Below, piece by piece: positions 29,926 through 40,436 of a stretch of 64,000 nt of DNA. Position 1 is the stretch's first letter. Every line of letters starts with the position of its first letter. The translations under genes and the position numbers were made by a program. The stretch covers positions 4,137,582 to 4,201,581 of the forward strand of contig CP121314.1 in assembly GCA_043557195.1 (NCBI GenBank). Reading direction: 5' to 3'. This DNA comes from Flavobacteriaceae bacterium. GTDB taxonomy: Bacteria; Bacteroidota; Bacteroidia; Flavobacteriales; Flavobacteriaceae. Below the pieces are notes generated by a model. That model searched no databases. It saw only the letters and a program-made list of their open reading frames with translations, and had not been told where the DNA came from.

Positions 29926-30930
29926 TTGGACGAGGTTAAACAATTAGTTACGGATATAAAAAATGGAAATCTTAAACCCATTTACTTTTTAATGGGAGAG
30001 GAGGCATATTATATCGACAAAATCTCAGATTTTATAGAAGACACTATTCTAACGGAAGAGGAGAGAGGTTTTAACCAAATGATATTATACGGTAGGGATA
30101 TTTCTATTGAAGACATTGTGAGTAATGCGAAGCGATATCCAATGATGGCAGAATATCAAGTAGTTATCATTAAGGAAGCCCAAGATTTATCTCGTACTAT
30201 TGAAAAATTAGCATCTTATGCTGAGCACCCACAACCCACAACAGTCCTTGTAGTAAATTACAAATACAAAAAAATTGATAAGCGTAAAGCACTATACAAA
30301 GCCATTAAAAAAAGCGGTGTGGTTTATGAGAGTAAAAAGCTTTATGAAAATCAAGTAGCTGATTGGATACGGCGCATATTATCTCCAAAAGGCTATTCTA
30401 TAACACCAAAAGCTGCCCAAATGCTAGTGGAGTTTTTAGGTACAGACTTAAGCAAAATCAATAATGAGCTAGAGAAACTACAAATTATATTACCAAAGAA
30501 TAGCCAGATAACACCAGAGTTAATTGAAGAAAATATTGGTATTAGCAAAGATTATAACAACTTTGAATTACGAAAAGCTATTGGAGATAAGAACGTTGTA
30601 AAAGCACATCAAATAGTCAATTATTTTGCTGAAAACCCAAAAGACAACCCCATGGTGGTAACGGTTTCATTACTATTTAACTTTTTTTCACAGTTATTAC
30701 ATTTTCATGGTTTAAAAGATAAATCTCCAAGGAGTGTCGCTTCTGCACTTCGTATCAACCCATATTTTGTAAATGAATATGTGGCAGCAGCACGTAATTA
30801 CCCCATGCGAAAAGTAAGCACCGTAGTTTCTACGCTAAGAGATTTTGATGTAAAAAGTAAAGGTGTAGGAGCAAATGCTGTACCTCAAGGAGATTTGTTA
30901 AAAGAATTGTTAGTTAGAATTTTAAATTAA
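29926..30930 (+). CDS. holA: DNA polymerase III delta subunit
   Basis: 334 aa with a HolA-like N-terminus (IYFLMGEEAYYID...). The apparent start codon is TTG. Confidence 0.75.
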   Translation: MDEVKQLVTDIKNGNLKPIYFLMGEEAYYIDKISDFIEDTILTEEERGFNQMILYGRDISIEDIVSNAKRYPMMAEYQVVIIKEAQDLSRTIEKLASYAEHPQPTTVLVVNYKYKKIDKRKALYKAIKKSGVVYESKKLYENQVADWIRRILSPKGYSITPKAAQMLVEFLGTDLSKINNELEKLQIILPKNSQITPELIEENIGISKDYNNFELRKAIGDKNVVKAHQIVNYFAENPKDNPMVVTVSLLFNFFSQLLHFHGLKDKSPRSVASALRINPYFVNEYVAAARNYPMRKVSTVVSTLRDFDVKSKGVGANAVPQGDLLKELLVRILN

Positions 30931-31595
30931 TGGAAGTTGCTATTCACGAAAGTTGGAAATCGCATTTAAATTCGGAGTTTGAAAAACCATATTTTAAAGA
31001 TTTAGTCAATTTTGTCAAGCAAGAGTATAAGACTCATCAATGTTTTCCTCCTGGAAAGGAAATTTTTAATGCTTTTAATTATTGTCATTTTAGTGATGTA
31101 AAAGTGGTTATTATTGGTCAAGATCCGTATCATGGTCCTAGACAAGCCAATGGTTTATGTTTTTCTGTAAAGGATGGAGTTCCACATCCACCATCACTCA
31201 TAAATATTTTTAGAGAAATTGAATCTGATTTAGGAAATCCTTACCCAAAAAGTGGTGATTTATCTCGTTGGGCTAAGCAAGGGGTACTATTACTTAATGC
31301 CACCCTAACCGTAAGAGCACATCAAGCCGGAAGCCATCAAAAAAAAGGTTGGGAAACCTTTACTGATGCAGTGATTAAAACGGTAAGTTCTAAAAAAGAA
31401 GGTGTTGTTTTTTTGCTTTGGGGCGGATTTGCAAAAAAAAAGTCAAAATTAATTGATACTGGAAAGCATCATATACTAACTTCAGGTCACCCCTCACCTT
31501 TGAGCGCTAATAGAGGCTATTGGTTTGGTAATACACATTTTAGCAAAACGAATGAATTGCTGAATATGACTGGTGAAAATGAAATAAAATGGTAA
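30930..31595 (+). CDS. ung: Uracil-DNA glycosylase
   Basis: GQDPYHGP water-activating loop, LLLN, and HPSPLSA motifs. There is a 1-nt overlap with holA. Confidence 0.95.
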   Translation: MEVAIHESWKSHLNSEFEKPYFKDLVNFVKQEYKTHQCFPPGKEIFNAFNYCHFSDVKVVIIGQDPYHGPRQANGLCFSVKDGVPHPPSLINIFREIESDLGNPYPKSGDLSRWAKQGVLLLNATLTVRAHQAGSHQKKGWETFTDAVIKTVSSKKEGVVFLLWGGFAKKKSKLIDTGKHHILTSGHPSPLSANRGYWFGNTHFSKTNELLNMTGENEIKW

Positions 31596-31601
31596 ACCCC
31601 C

Positions 31602-31784
31602 TTAACTTCCTGTAGGAGCAAGGTTTTCGTTTATTTCCAGAAGCACTCTATTCGATTTAAGAACAATAGGTTTTCTATCAAGTTTATTCACTTTTACAGT
31701 TTTATTGCAACTGAATTTAAGCAACAGAAGATTAATTAAAACCAAACAAGAAATAACAATAGTAGTTGTTAATAACATAGGCAA
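31602..31784 (-). CDS. Small hypothetical membrane protein
   Basis: 60-aa ORF with a single TM helix. Weak support. Confidence 0.3.
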   Translation of the reverse strand: MPMLLTTTIVISCLVLINLLLLKFSCNKTVKVNKLDRKPIVLKSNRVLLEINENLAPTGS

Positions 31785-32045
31785 TTTAGATTTAGTTCGG
31801 TAAAAGTATTAAAAAAATCGTTAAAGTGCAAATTTTAACAATTTTATATAAACCTTAATACAAATTTAGCAAATAAAATACTACACGTCTATAAGTAGAA
31901 CTACTTAATTTTCACTTTTATTAATTTGTTTTAAATACACTAGCTGATTTAATATTCTTTCAATATTTTCTTTTCATATTATTATTTTAATAACTCCAAG
32001 GTGCTTTACAAAATATAATTTATTTTTGACCAAAATATTATAAGT

Positions 32046-32885
32046 ATGATCACACCAGAATGGGTAACCGTAAAAGAATATGAAGACATCACTTATAAAA
32101 AAAGCGATGGTGTAGCAAGAATTGCGTTCAATAGACCAAATGTAAGAAATGCATTTAGACCGAAAACTACAAGTGAGCTTTATGATGCGTTTTATGATGC
32201 TAATGAAGACACTTCTATTGGCGTTGTTTTGCTTTCTGCAGAAGGACCATCAACCAAAGATGGTGTGTATTCGTTTTGTAGCGGAGGAGACCAAAAGGCT
32301 AGAGGGCATCAGGGTTATGTAGGAGAAGATGGTTATCATCGTTTAAATATTTTAGAAGTTCAACGTTTAATTAGGTTTATGCCTAAGGCTGTAATTGCCG
32401 TTGTTCCGGGATGGGCAGTTGGCGGCGGACATAGTTTACATGTAGTTTGTGATTTAACGCTAGCAAGTAAAGAGCATGCCATTTTTAAACAAACAGACGC
32501 TGATGTTACAAGTTTTGATGGCGGGTATGGTTCAGCTTATTTGGCAAAAATGGTAGGTCAGAAAAAAGCTCGGGAAATTTTCTTTTTAGGAAGGAATTAC
32601 TCTGCTCAGGAAGCCTATGAAATGGGAATGGTAAATGCAGTAATTCCCCATGCGGAATTGGAAAACACTGCTTATGAATGGGCTCAAGAAATTCTAGCTA
32701 AGTCTCCAACATCTATTAAAATGCTTAAATTTGCGATGAATTTAACTGATGATGGCATGGTAGGGCAACAGGTTTTTGCAGGTGAAGCCACACGATTAGC
32801 TTATATGACAGAAGAGGCAAAAGAAGGGCGCAATGCATTTTTAGAAAAGCGCAAGCCTAATTTCGAAAAAAAATGGATTCCATAA
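32046..32885 (+). CDS. menB: 1,4-dihydroxy-2-naphthoyl-CoA synthase
   Basis: Crotonase fold with MenB signatures (FCSGGDQ..RG..GY, VPGWAVGGGH, DGGYGS). Confidence 0.95.
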   Translation: MITPEWVTVKEYEDITYKKSDGVARIAFNRPNVRNAFRPKTTSELYDAFYDANEDTSIGVVLLSAEGPSTKDGVYSFCSGGDQKARGHQGYVGEDGYHRLNILEVQRLIRFMPKAVIAVVPGWAVGGGHSLHVVCDLTLASKEHAIFKQTDADVTSFDGGYGSAYLAKMVGQKKAREIFFLGRNYSAQEAYEMGMVNAVIPHAELENTAYEWAQEILAKSPTSIKMLKFAMNLTDDGMVGQQVFAGEATRLAYMTEEAKEGRNAFLEKRKPNFEKKWIP

Positions 32886-33787
32886 TGAAAAACCTTTCAG
32901 TTTGGATTTCAGCAATGCGATTACGAACATTACCTTTATCTGTTTCAGGTATTGTAATTGCATCTAGTTTCGCAGAGTATAATGGATGTTTTGATTGGAC
33001 GGTATTCTGTTTAGCCATTCTTACAACCATTAGTCTACAAATCCTTTCTAATTTGGCCAATGATTATGGTGATGGCGTAAAAGGTACTGATGGCACCAAT
33101 AGAATTGGTCCAGAGCGGGCGATACAAAGTGGTAAAATAACGCCATTTGCGATGTTTGAGGCTATTAAGCTAAATATTCTTGTTTGTATAGTATTCTCAT
33201 TTCTTTTGATTTTTACAGCCTTTGGATCTCAGCATTTCTGGCTAACATTGTTGTTTTTTGGTTTAGGAATCAGCTCCGTTATTGCTGCTATTAGATATAC
33301 TATAGGTGGTAAAGCCTATGGCTATCGGGGACTAGGTGACGTGTTTGTATTCATTTTTTTTGGTCTTATTAGTGTTATTGGATGTTATGTGCTTTACGCT
33401 AAAAAAGTGGACCATGTTGTATTTCTTCCAGCTGTAACCATCGGACTTTTATCTGTAGCTGTCCTTAATTTAAATAATATGAGGGACATCAATTCTGATT
33501 TGGCTTCAGGAAAAATGACTTTGGCTGCAAAACTTGGTATTTCTAAAGCTAAAAAATATCATTTCTTCTTGATCATATTTGCTATCATTATATCAGTACT
33601 TTTTGGAATACTTTATTATACGTCACCATATAATTTGATATACTTTCTGGCCTATATACCTCTAATAATGCATTTAAATACTGTTAAGAATACTGAGGAA
33701 GCCTCAGCACTAGATCCAGAACTGAAAAAGGTAGCGTTATCAACATTTTTACTTGCGGTTTTACTAGCTGTTGGACATTTGTTGTAG
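32885..33787 (+). CDS. menA: 1,4-dihydroxy-2-naphthoate polyprenyltransferase
   Basis: UbiA-family membrane protein (NDYGDGVKGTD, RDI.SD). The ATG overlaps the menB stop (TAATG). Confidence 0.9.
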   Translation: MKNLSVWISAMRLRTLPLSVSGIVIASSFAEYNGCFDWTVFCLAILTTISLQILSNLANDYGDGVKGTDGTNRIGPERAIQSGKITPFAMFEAIKLNILVCIVFSFLLIFTAFGSQHFWLTLLFFGLGISSVIAAIRYTIGGKAYGYRGLGDVFVFIFFGLISVIGCYVLYAKKVDHVVFLPAVTIGLLSVAVLNLNNMRDINSDLASGKMTLAAKLGISKAKKYHFFLIIFAIIISVLFGILYYTSPYNLIYFLAYIPLIMHLNTVKNTEEASALDPELKKVALSTFLLAVLLAVGHLL

Positions 33788-33838
33788 TGGTTTTATTAGA
33801 AAAAATCCCTAATTTTAGTAAAAGAAAATTAATTACTT

Positions 33839-34516
33839 ATGAAAATCACATTTTACGGTCATGCAAGCTTAGGACTAGAAATTGACAACTTTAATGTTCT
33901 TGTAGATCCTTTTATCTCTGGTAACCCAAAGGCAAGTCATATTGATATTGAGACGCTTAAGGCTGATTATATTTTGGTAACTCATGCACATCAAGATCAT
34001 ATTTTGGATGTTGAAGCCATTGCAAAACGAACAGGAGCCACACTAATATCCAATTATGAAATTGTAACACATTATGAAGCCAAGGGCCTAAAAGGACATC
34101 CAATGAATCATGGTGGCTCATGGCAATTCGATTTTGGCAAAGTAAAATATGTAAACGCTATACATACGTCTTCATTCCCTGACGGCTCGTATGGAGGTCA
34201 ACCAGGAGGATTCATTATTGAAACTAACAAGAAAACACTTTATATCGCTGGTGATACTGCCCTCACTTATGATATGAAATTAATTGGTAAGGCTTACGAT
34301 TTAGATTTAGCAGTATTGCCTATTGGAGATAACTTTACAATGGGTGTTGACGATGCAATTATAGCTTCTGATTTTATTAAATGTGATAGTATTTTGGGTT
34401 ATCATTACGACACATTTGGCTATATTGAAATAGACAAAGTTAGGGCAAAGGCTAAATTTGATACAGAATCGAAATCATTAACACTTTTAGATATTGGAGC
34501 ATCAATTGAAATATAA
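33839..34516 (+). CDS. Metal-dependent hydrolase, MBL fold (UPF0173-like)
   Basis: THAHQDH metal-binding motif, in a soluble protein of about 225 aa. Confidence 0.75.
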   Translation: MKITFYGHASLGLEIDNFNVLVDPFISGNPKASHIDIETLKADYILVTHAHQDHILDVEAIAKRTGATLISNYEIVTHYEAKGLKGHPMNHGGSWQFDFGKVKYVNAIHTSSFPDGSYGGQPGGFIIETNKKTLYIAGDTALTYDMKLIGKAYDLDLAVLPIGDNFTMGVDDAIIASDFIKCDSILGYHYDTFGYIEIDKVRAKAKFDTESKSLTLLDIGASIEI

Positions 34517-34519
34517 CAT

Positions 34520-35212
34520 ATGAAGAAATACATTATTTCGTTTATTGTAATTTTTTGTTGCTTTTACAAAACATCTGCACAAATAGACCAATCTAAAACA
34601 GGTGCTTGGTATATGTATTTTTACAAACACCAGTTCAAGAATAGTCAATTTGGAATTCAAGGTGATTTACAATATAGAAATTGGAATACTATAGGCGATT
34701 TAGAACAACTACTCATTCGTTCTGGGCTTACTTTTACTCCAAAAAAGGCAAACGTATTACTAACTTTAGGCTATGCTAATATTACTACCGGTCAGTTTGG
34801 TGATAGCGATGCTACAGTTTCGGAAAGTAGAATTTATCAAGAAGCATTTATTCCACAAAAACTTGGAAATAGATTGTATTTAGCACACCGATTTCGATAT
34901 GAGCAACGGTTTGTTGAAAATCAAGACTTTAGAACCCGGTACAGGTATAACTTGTTTCTAAATATTCCACTCAACCAGAAAGCTTTAATAGATAAAACCT
35001 TTTATTTGGCGTTGTACAATGAACTATTCATCAACGGGCAAACCGAGATTGGAGATAATAATACTGTAGAGCTATTTGATAGAAACAGAACCTACTTAGG
35101 ACTAGGCTATGTGGTTAAACCAAGTATGAAATTTCAGGTGGGATGGATGAATCAAAAAACGGTAAATTGGGGTAAAGGCCAACTGCAGTTAAGCTTTCAT
35201 CATACTTTTTAA
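34520..35212 (+). CDS. Outer-membrane beta-barrel-like protein (DUF2490-like)
   Basis: Signal peptide, alternating aromatic/polar beta-strand pattern, and a C-terminal aromatic residue. Confidence 0.5.
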   Translation: MKKYIISFIVIFCCFYKTSAQIDQSKTGAWYMYFYKHQFKNSQFGIQGDLQYRNWNTIGDLEQLLIRSGLTFTPKKANVLLTLGYANITTGQFGDSDATVSESRIYQEAFIPQKLGNRLYLAHRFRYEQRFVENQDFRTRYRYNLFLNIPLNQKALIDKTFYLALYNELFINGQTEIGDNNTVELFDRNRTYLGLGYVVKPSMKFQVGWMNQKTVNWGKGQLQLSFHHTF

Positions 35213-35218
35213 ATAATA

Positions 35219-36253
35219 ATGACGGCAACTTACCATAACTACATTCTCAATTTCAAACAAGCAAGTGGTACATCTAGAGGGGTTTTAAAAACTAAGGAGA
35301 CTTGGATTTTAATTATTCAAAATGAAGAAAAAGAAGGCATAGGGGAGTGCGGTATGTTCAGAGGCTTGTCCGTTGATGACCGCCCAGATTTTGAAGACAA
35401 AATAAAATGGGCCTGCACCAACATTAATAAAGGTTTAGAATTTCTAATTTCTGAATTAACGGAATTTCCAAGTATTCAATTTGGATTAGAAATGGCTTTT
35501 AAATCACTACAAAGTCAAGATAAGTTTAATTTGTTTCCTTCGGATTTTACAAAAGGCAACGCTTCAATCCCTATTAACGGTTTGATATGGATGGGAAGTG
35601 AAGCATTTATGAAACAGCAAATCAAAGATAAAATTGAAGCAGGTTTCCATTGTATAAAACTAAAAATTGGAGCTATTGATTTTCAAACGGAACTAAATCT
35701 CTTGAAAACTATTAGAAAGCAATTTACTTCAAAAGATATAGAATTACGTGTTGATGCTAATGGTGCTTTTAATCCAAATGAAGCTTTAGAGAAACTTAAA
35801 CGACTCTCTGAATTTGATCTGCATTCCATAGAACAACCCATTAAACAAGGGCAAATTGATGATATGGCTTTGTTATGTAAGCAAGCACCTTTACCTATTG
35901 CTTTAGACGAAGAATTAATTGGCGTTTTTGGTGTAACAAAAAAAACTGAATTACTACAAACTATTCGTCCGCAATATATTATATTGAAACCCACTTTAAT
36001 TGGTGGTTTTAATGGTAGTGATGAATGGATTAATAGTGCTGAAAATGACAATATAGGATGGTGGATTACCAGTGCTTTAGAAAGTAACATAGGCTTAAAC
36101 GCAATAGCGCAATATACCTATGATACGCAAAGTAAAATGCCGCAAGGGTTGGGAACAGGAAGTTTATTTACTAATAATTTTGACTCGCCCTTATATGTTG
36201 AAGAAGGCCGTTTACACTACGATAGAAGAAAAAACTGGAAAATAAATTTATAA
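35219..36253 (+). CDS. menC: o-Succinylbenzoate synthase (enolase superfamily)
   Basis: Enolase-superfamily pattern (KLKIG, RVDANGAF, EQP, ALDEEL) in a men-gene context. Confidence 0.7.
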   Translation: MTATYHNYILNFKQASGTSRGVLKTKETWILIIQNEEKEGIGECGMFRGLSVDDRPDFEDKIKWACTNINKGLEFLISELTEFPSIQFGLEMAFKSLQSQDKFNLFPSDFTKGNASIPINGLIWMGSEAFMKQQIKDKIEAGFHCIKLKIGAIDFQTELNLLKTIRKQFTSKDIELRVDANGAFNPNEALEKLKRLSEFDLHSIEQPIKQGQIDDMALLCKQAPLPIALDEELIGVFGVTKKTELLQTIRPQYIILKPTLIGGFNGSDEWINSAENDNIGWWITSALESNIGLNAIAQYTYDTQSKMPQGLGTGSLFTNNFDSPLYVEEGRLHYDRRKNWKINL

Positions 36254-36256
36254 ATT

Positions 36257-37216
36257 ATGTACATAGAACAAGCTTATAAAGGATTAACAGATGCATGGCG
36301 ATACATTGTGGGTGGTGCAATTATCTTCATAGCGTGGCAAATTTTAGGATCTATACCATTAATTGCAGGATTGTTTTTAAATATGGATGGTTTTGAAAAT
36401 TTCCCAACCGATATTTCTGGAATGGTGGAACTATTAGGGGGAAATCTTTTTTTATTCCTGATGCTTATTTCGTTTGCCATTGGACTTATTGGTGTTTTTA
36501 TAAGTTTTAAGTATTTACATAAGTTGTCATTTACACAATTTACTACAACGAGATCAAAAATTGATTGGAAACGATTCTGGTTTGTTTTCATTTTATGGGG
36601 AGGTGTCACTAGTGGATTAGTGCTACTTGATTATTTTTATATTACTCCTGAAAACTATGTATGGAATTTTAAACTAGAACCTTTTTTGATTCTTTTAGCT
36701 ATTGGCATTTTTCTGTTACCGTTACAAACGAGCTTTGAGGAATATGCTTTCAGAGGCTACGGTATGCATTTTTTGGGTACTATAGCAAAAAACAGATGGT
36801 TGCCCTTAATAATCACTTCGGTAGCTTTTGGGGTAATGCATATTTTTAACCCGGAAGTGGAAAAATTAGGCTACATTATAATGGTATATTACATAGGTAC
36901 AGGATTCTTTTTAGGGATTATAACATTAATGGATGAAGGGTTAGAATTGGCCTTAGGGTTCCATTTTGCCAACAATTTATTCACGGCACTTTTAGTTACC
37001 ACAGATTGGACTGTATTACAAACCGACAGTATACTAAAGGATATCAGCGATCCATCAGAAATGGTGATTTCAGAAATACTTGTGCCAGTATTCGTAGTGT
37101 TCCCAATATTGCTTTTTATTTTATCAAAAAAATACAAATGGACCAATTGGAAAGACAAGCTATTCGGTCCCGTAATTGAGCCACCAAAAGAAGATTATAA
37201 AATTTTAGAAGAATAG
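36257..37216 (+). CDS. CPBP-family intramembrane glutamic endopeptidase (CAAX protease-like)
   Basis: Polytopic membrane protein with EEYAFRG, FGVMH and HFANN motifs. Confidence 0.8.
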   Translation: MYIEQAYKGLTDAWRYIVGGAIIFIAWQILGSIPLIAGLFLNMDGFENFPTDISGMVELLGGNLFLFLMLISFAIGLIGVFISFKYLHKLSFTQFTTTRSKIDWKRFWFVFILWGGVTSGLVLLDYFYITPENYVWNFKLEPFLILLAIGIFLLPLQTSFEEYAFRGYGMHFLGTIAKNRWLPLIITSVAFGVMHIFNPEVEKLGYIIMVYYIGTGFFLGIITLMDEGLELALGFHFANNLFTALLVTTDWTVLQTDSILKDISDPSEMVISEILVPVFVVFPILLFILSKKYKWTNWKDKLFGPVIEPPKEDYKILEE

Positions 37217-37225
37217 AAATTTACT

Positions 37226-38302
37226 ATGACTCCAGATTATACCAAAGTTCACAACAGGTTTAAATTAGAAGGATTTCATTACAACCGTGAGGATTTAATG
37301 GAAGTTGCTTACAGTTTTATAAAAGAAGGATATCCTTATCAGCAGCAATTAGGCCTTTTCCTATTAGATTGGTTAGATAATAAAGATTATATAAAGGTAA
37401 AAACATCAGGCTCTACAGGGAAGCCTAAAATGCTAAAAATCAAAAAGCAGGCTATGATTAATTCTGCCATCACTACTGGTGATTTTTTTGATTTAACCCC
37501 TGGAAAAAAAGTTTTGAATTGCTTACCCTCAAACTTTATAGCTGGAAAGATGATGATGGTTAGAGCCATTGTTTTAGGACTTGAAGTAGACATGGTAGTA
37601 CCGTCGGCTTTACCAAGAATAGATTATGAAAAAGACTATGACTTTTGTGCATTCACACCAATGCAACTCAAAAATTTTGCGAAATATTTAAAATCTATTA
37701 AAACAGTAATAGTAGGAGGAGGGCGTGTTTCAAATCATATAAAATCTTTAATAAAAGATAAAAAGCCACAAGTTTATGAGACTTATGGAATGACGGAAAC
37801 AGTGTCTCATATTGCTGTAAAAAAGCTAAATAATTTTGTAGGTGACGATACCGATAAATATTTCACAACATTACCTGGTATCAATATTTCTAAAGATGAT
37901 AGAGGATGCTTAGTGATTGATGCCCCAAAGCTTTCTGATGAAACCATTGTGACAAATGATTTGGTTGAAATTTATTCTGATAACCTATTTGAATGGATTG
38001 GACGTTTTGATAATATGATTAACACTGGTGGTATTAAAGTATTTCCAGAAAAAATAGAGGAGAAGCTGCAGGATAAAATGGACGGGCGACAATTTTTTAT
38101 CTATGGAATTGAAGATGATACTTTAGGTGAAAAAATAATAATGGTAATTGAAGGCTCAGAAAAGGATATAGATGACACCTTGTTTGATGCTTTAGATAAG
38201 TTCGAAAAACCAAAAGATATTTTCTTTACTAGAAAGTTTAAAGAAACCGCATCAGGAAAAATTCATAGAGCTAACACGATTAAATCTATTTTAGAAGCAT
38301 AA
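37226..38302 (+). CDS. menE: AMP-dependent ligase, probable o-succinylbenzoate-CoA ligase
   Basis: TSGSTGKPK AMP-binding motif, YGMTET, GD, and C-terminal SGKI. It is a short (358 aa) MenE-like form in a men context. Confidence 0.65.
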   Translation: MTPDYTKVHNRFKLEGFHYNREDLMEVAYSFIKEGYPYQQQLGLFLLDWLDNKDYIKVKTSGSTGKPKMLKIKKQAMINSAITTGDFFDLTPGKKVLNCLPSNFIAGKMMMVRAIVLGLEVDMVVPSALPRIDYEKDYDFCAFTPMQLKNFAKYLKSIKTVIVGGGRVSNHIKSLIKDKKPQVYETYGMTETVSHIAVKKLNNFVGDDTDKYFTTLPGINISKDDRGCLVIDAPKLSDETIVTNDLVEIYSDNLFEWIGRFDNMINTGGIKVFPEKIEEKLQDKMDGRQFFIYGIEDDTLGEKIIMVIEGSEKDIDDTLFDALDKFEKPKDIFFTRKFKETASGKIHRANTIKSILEA

Positions 38303-38336
38303 AAAAATCCGAATCTTAAAGATTCGGATTTTTGTT
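38301..38336. terminator. Bidirectional rho-independent terminator between convergent menE-like and yebC-family genes
   Basis: Perfect 10-bp stem AATCCGAATC-ttaaa-GATTCGGATT, with an A run upstream and a T run downstream. Confidence 0.8.
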
Positions 38337-38350
38337 TTATATCAGAAAAA

Positions 38351-39097
38351 CTAATCTGTAGTTTCTTCCATGGTGTGATACACGTTTTGCACATCATCAT
38401 CTTCCTCGAGTTTTTCTAGTAACTTTTCTACATCAGCAGCTTGTTCAGCAGATAACGGTTTTGTTACTTGTGGAATGCGCTCAAAACCTGATGATAATAT
38501 TTCAATATTGTTGTCTTCTAAATACGATTGGATTTTACCAAAGCTTTCAAAAGGCGCATAAATCATCACGCTATTAACCTCATTGCCATCAGCATCTTCA
38601 TCGGTATCTTCAAAAATTTCTTCAACACCAAAATCAATCAACTCTAATTCTAATTCTTCTAAATCGAGTGCTTCACCTTTAATTTTAAAATTGCAGGTAT
38701 GATCAAACATAAACACTACAGAACCTGATGTTCCTAAACTTCCGTCACACTTATTAAAATAGCTACGAACATTGGCAACAGTTCTGGTATTATTATCCGT
38801 AGCTGTTTCAACCAACACTGCTATACCATGAGGCGCATAGCCTTCAAAAACTACTTCTTTATAATCCCCTTGATTTTTATCACTCGCACGTTTTATGGCC
38901 CGCTCAATATTATCTTTTGGCATGTTTACGGACTTTGCATTCTGTATGACTGCACGTAAACGAGAATTACTATCAGGATCAGGACCTCCTTCTTTTACCG
39001 CCATAACAATGTCTTTACCAATACGCGTAAAGGCTTTACTCATAGCAGACCAACGTTTCATTTTTCTTGCTTTCCTAAATTCAAAAGCTCTTCCCAT
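38351..39097 (-). CDS. YebC/PmpR-family DNA-binding transcriptional regulator
   Basis: MGRAFEFRKARKMKRW...GGPDP..N.RLR..I..AK..NMPKD.I.RAI is the diagnostic N-terminus. Confidence 0.95.
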   Translation of the reverse strand: MGRAFEFRKARKMKRWSAMSKAFTRIGKDIVMAVKEGGPDPDSNSRLRAVIQNAKSVNMPKDNIERAIKRASDKNQGDYKEVVFEGYAPHGIAVLVETATDNNTRTVANVRSYFNKCDGSLGTSGSVVFMFDHTCNFKIKGEALDLEELELELIDFGVEEIFEDTDEDADGNEVNSVMIYAPFESFGKIQSYLEDNNIEILSSGFERIPQVTKPLSAEQAADVEKLLEKLEEDDDVQNVYHTMEETTD

Positions 39098-39226
39098 AGT
39101 TTTAAGTTAAATAAGTTGTGAGTATTAAAGTGCCAAAAGTTATATATTTTCCAAGGCACGCAAATTTAAAAAATATTGCATTAATATTTAAGTACTGTTT
39201 AATGTGACTGTGACTGCCTACTAGAA

Positions 39227-39520
39227 TTACTCATCAACAGGTTCTACTATCATTTCTATCGCTTCTGCCAATTTAAAATCCTTATTGGTGACACCACCTG
39301 CATCATGAGTTGATAATGATATAGAAAGCACGTTGTAAACATTGGACCAATTAGGATGATGATTTAAAGCTTCACACTCAAAAGCAATTCTGCTCATTGC
39401 ACTAAAACAATCCTTAAAATTTTCAAATTCAAACTCTGCATGAATGGCATTATCAAAGTATTCCCAATCAGGGAATCGCAATAATTTCTTTTCTATATCT
39501 TGTTCTGAAAGTTTACTCAT
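39227..39520 (-). CDS. 4a-hydroxytetrahydrobiopterin dehydratase (pterin-4-alpha-carbinolamine dehydratase)
   Basis: 97 aa with the E..NHHP.W.NVYN.(V/L)...L.TH motif. Confidence 0.85.
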   Translation of the reverse strand: MSKLSEQDIEKKLLRFPDWEYFDNAIHAEFEFENFKDCFSAMSRIAFECEALNHHPNWSNVYNVLSISLSTHDAGGVTNKDFKLAEAIEMIVEPVDE

Positions 39521-39581
39521 AATTATCCATCATTTTTTCTTTGACTCAACTAATATACCCATTTCAATAGTTAAAATCAAC

Positions 39582-40412
39582 CTACAACTTTAATTCTTCA
39601 AGGATTTTTTGACTGTTAAGCTGAAGATGTTTTGGCAGTTTATTAAACTTGGGTAAAACAGCTAAATACCTATCATCATTAGTCGTGTACACTCTTTTAT
39701 AATGTGCCTTTTCGTTTAATTCTAAAGATGTTATAATATCTTTAATAAACTCATCATGATGTACCAAATCAGAACTTCCTAAATGAAACACACCGTATTT
39801 ATTTCTATTGATGATATAGTGAATTTGTTGCGTTACTTTAGAATCTGTAGTAACGTTCATTATCAAATTTGGGAAAATTTCAATAGGTTCTTTTTCCTTT
39901 ATATGTTGAAGCATTTCATTAATTCTCGGAGACTGATTACCAAAAACCATAGGTAATCTCAAAATTGCAACTTGTTTCTTTGGCAAGCGCAATAACATGT
40001 TTTCAATCTTTATTTTGAAATGCCCATAAACACTATTACTCAAGGTTTTATCTTGCTCATAACTTGGGTATTTACTGTAAGCGTCAAAAACATTAGCAGA
40101 AGATAGAAACAGTAATTTTATGTTTTGTACATATATGTATTCTGAAAGATGTTGATGTAATAACACCTGTTTAGAAAAATCACCACGCAATGCCGAAATT
40201 ATTATTGTTGGCTTTACAATATTCAGGATCTCGTAGATATCATCTTCTTCAAAATTATACTGAAAGAAATGATGGTTTTTTTCTAGTTGTTTATTTGAAG
40301 TGCTATAGGTTGCAAAGGTTCTGAAATAGGAGCAGAGTTCCTTGTAAATAGCGCCACCCAAAAAACCACTACCACCAAGTATTAATATTTTATGTTTATA
40401 GGCCTCCTTCAT
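39582..40412 (-). CDS. NAD(P)-dependent sugar-nucleotide epimerase/reductase-like protein (RmlD-like)
   Basis: N-terminal Rossmann motif ILILGGSGFLGGAIY and an SDR-extended-like length. Confidence 0.6.
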   Translation of the reverse strand: MKEAYKHKILILGGSGFLGGAIYKELCSYFRTFATYSTSNKQLEKNHHFFQYNFEEDDIYEILNIVKPTIIISALRGDFSKQVLLHQHLSEYIYVQNIKLLFLSSANVFDAYSKYPSYEQDKTLSNSVYGHFKIKIENMLLRLPKKQVAILRLPMVFGNQSPRINEMLQHIKEKEPIEIFPNLIMNVTTDSKVTQQIHYIINRNKYGVFHLGSSDLVHHDEFIKDIITSLELNEKAHYKRVYTTNDDRYLAVLPKFNKLPKHLQLNSQKILEELKL

Positions 40413-40436
40413 TCGCTTTCTACACCAAAATACGGT

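Noticed and set aside
35683-37158. Antisense ORFs of 89-135 aa within the menC-like and CPBP genes (35683-36090, 36274-36609, 36889-37158).
   Set aside because: Each lies entirely inside a sense-strand gene with clear family motifs. Their compositions look like typical shadow frames.
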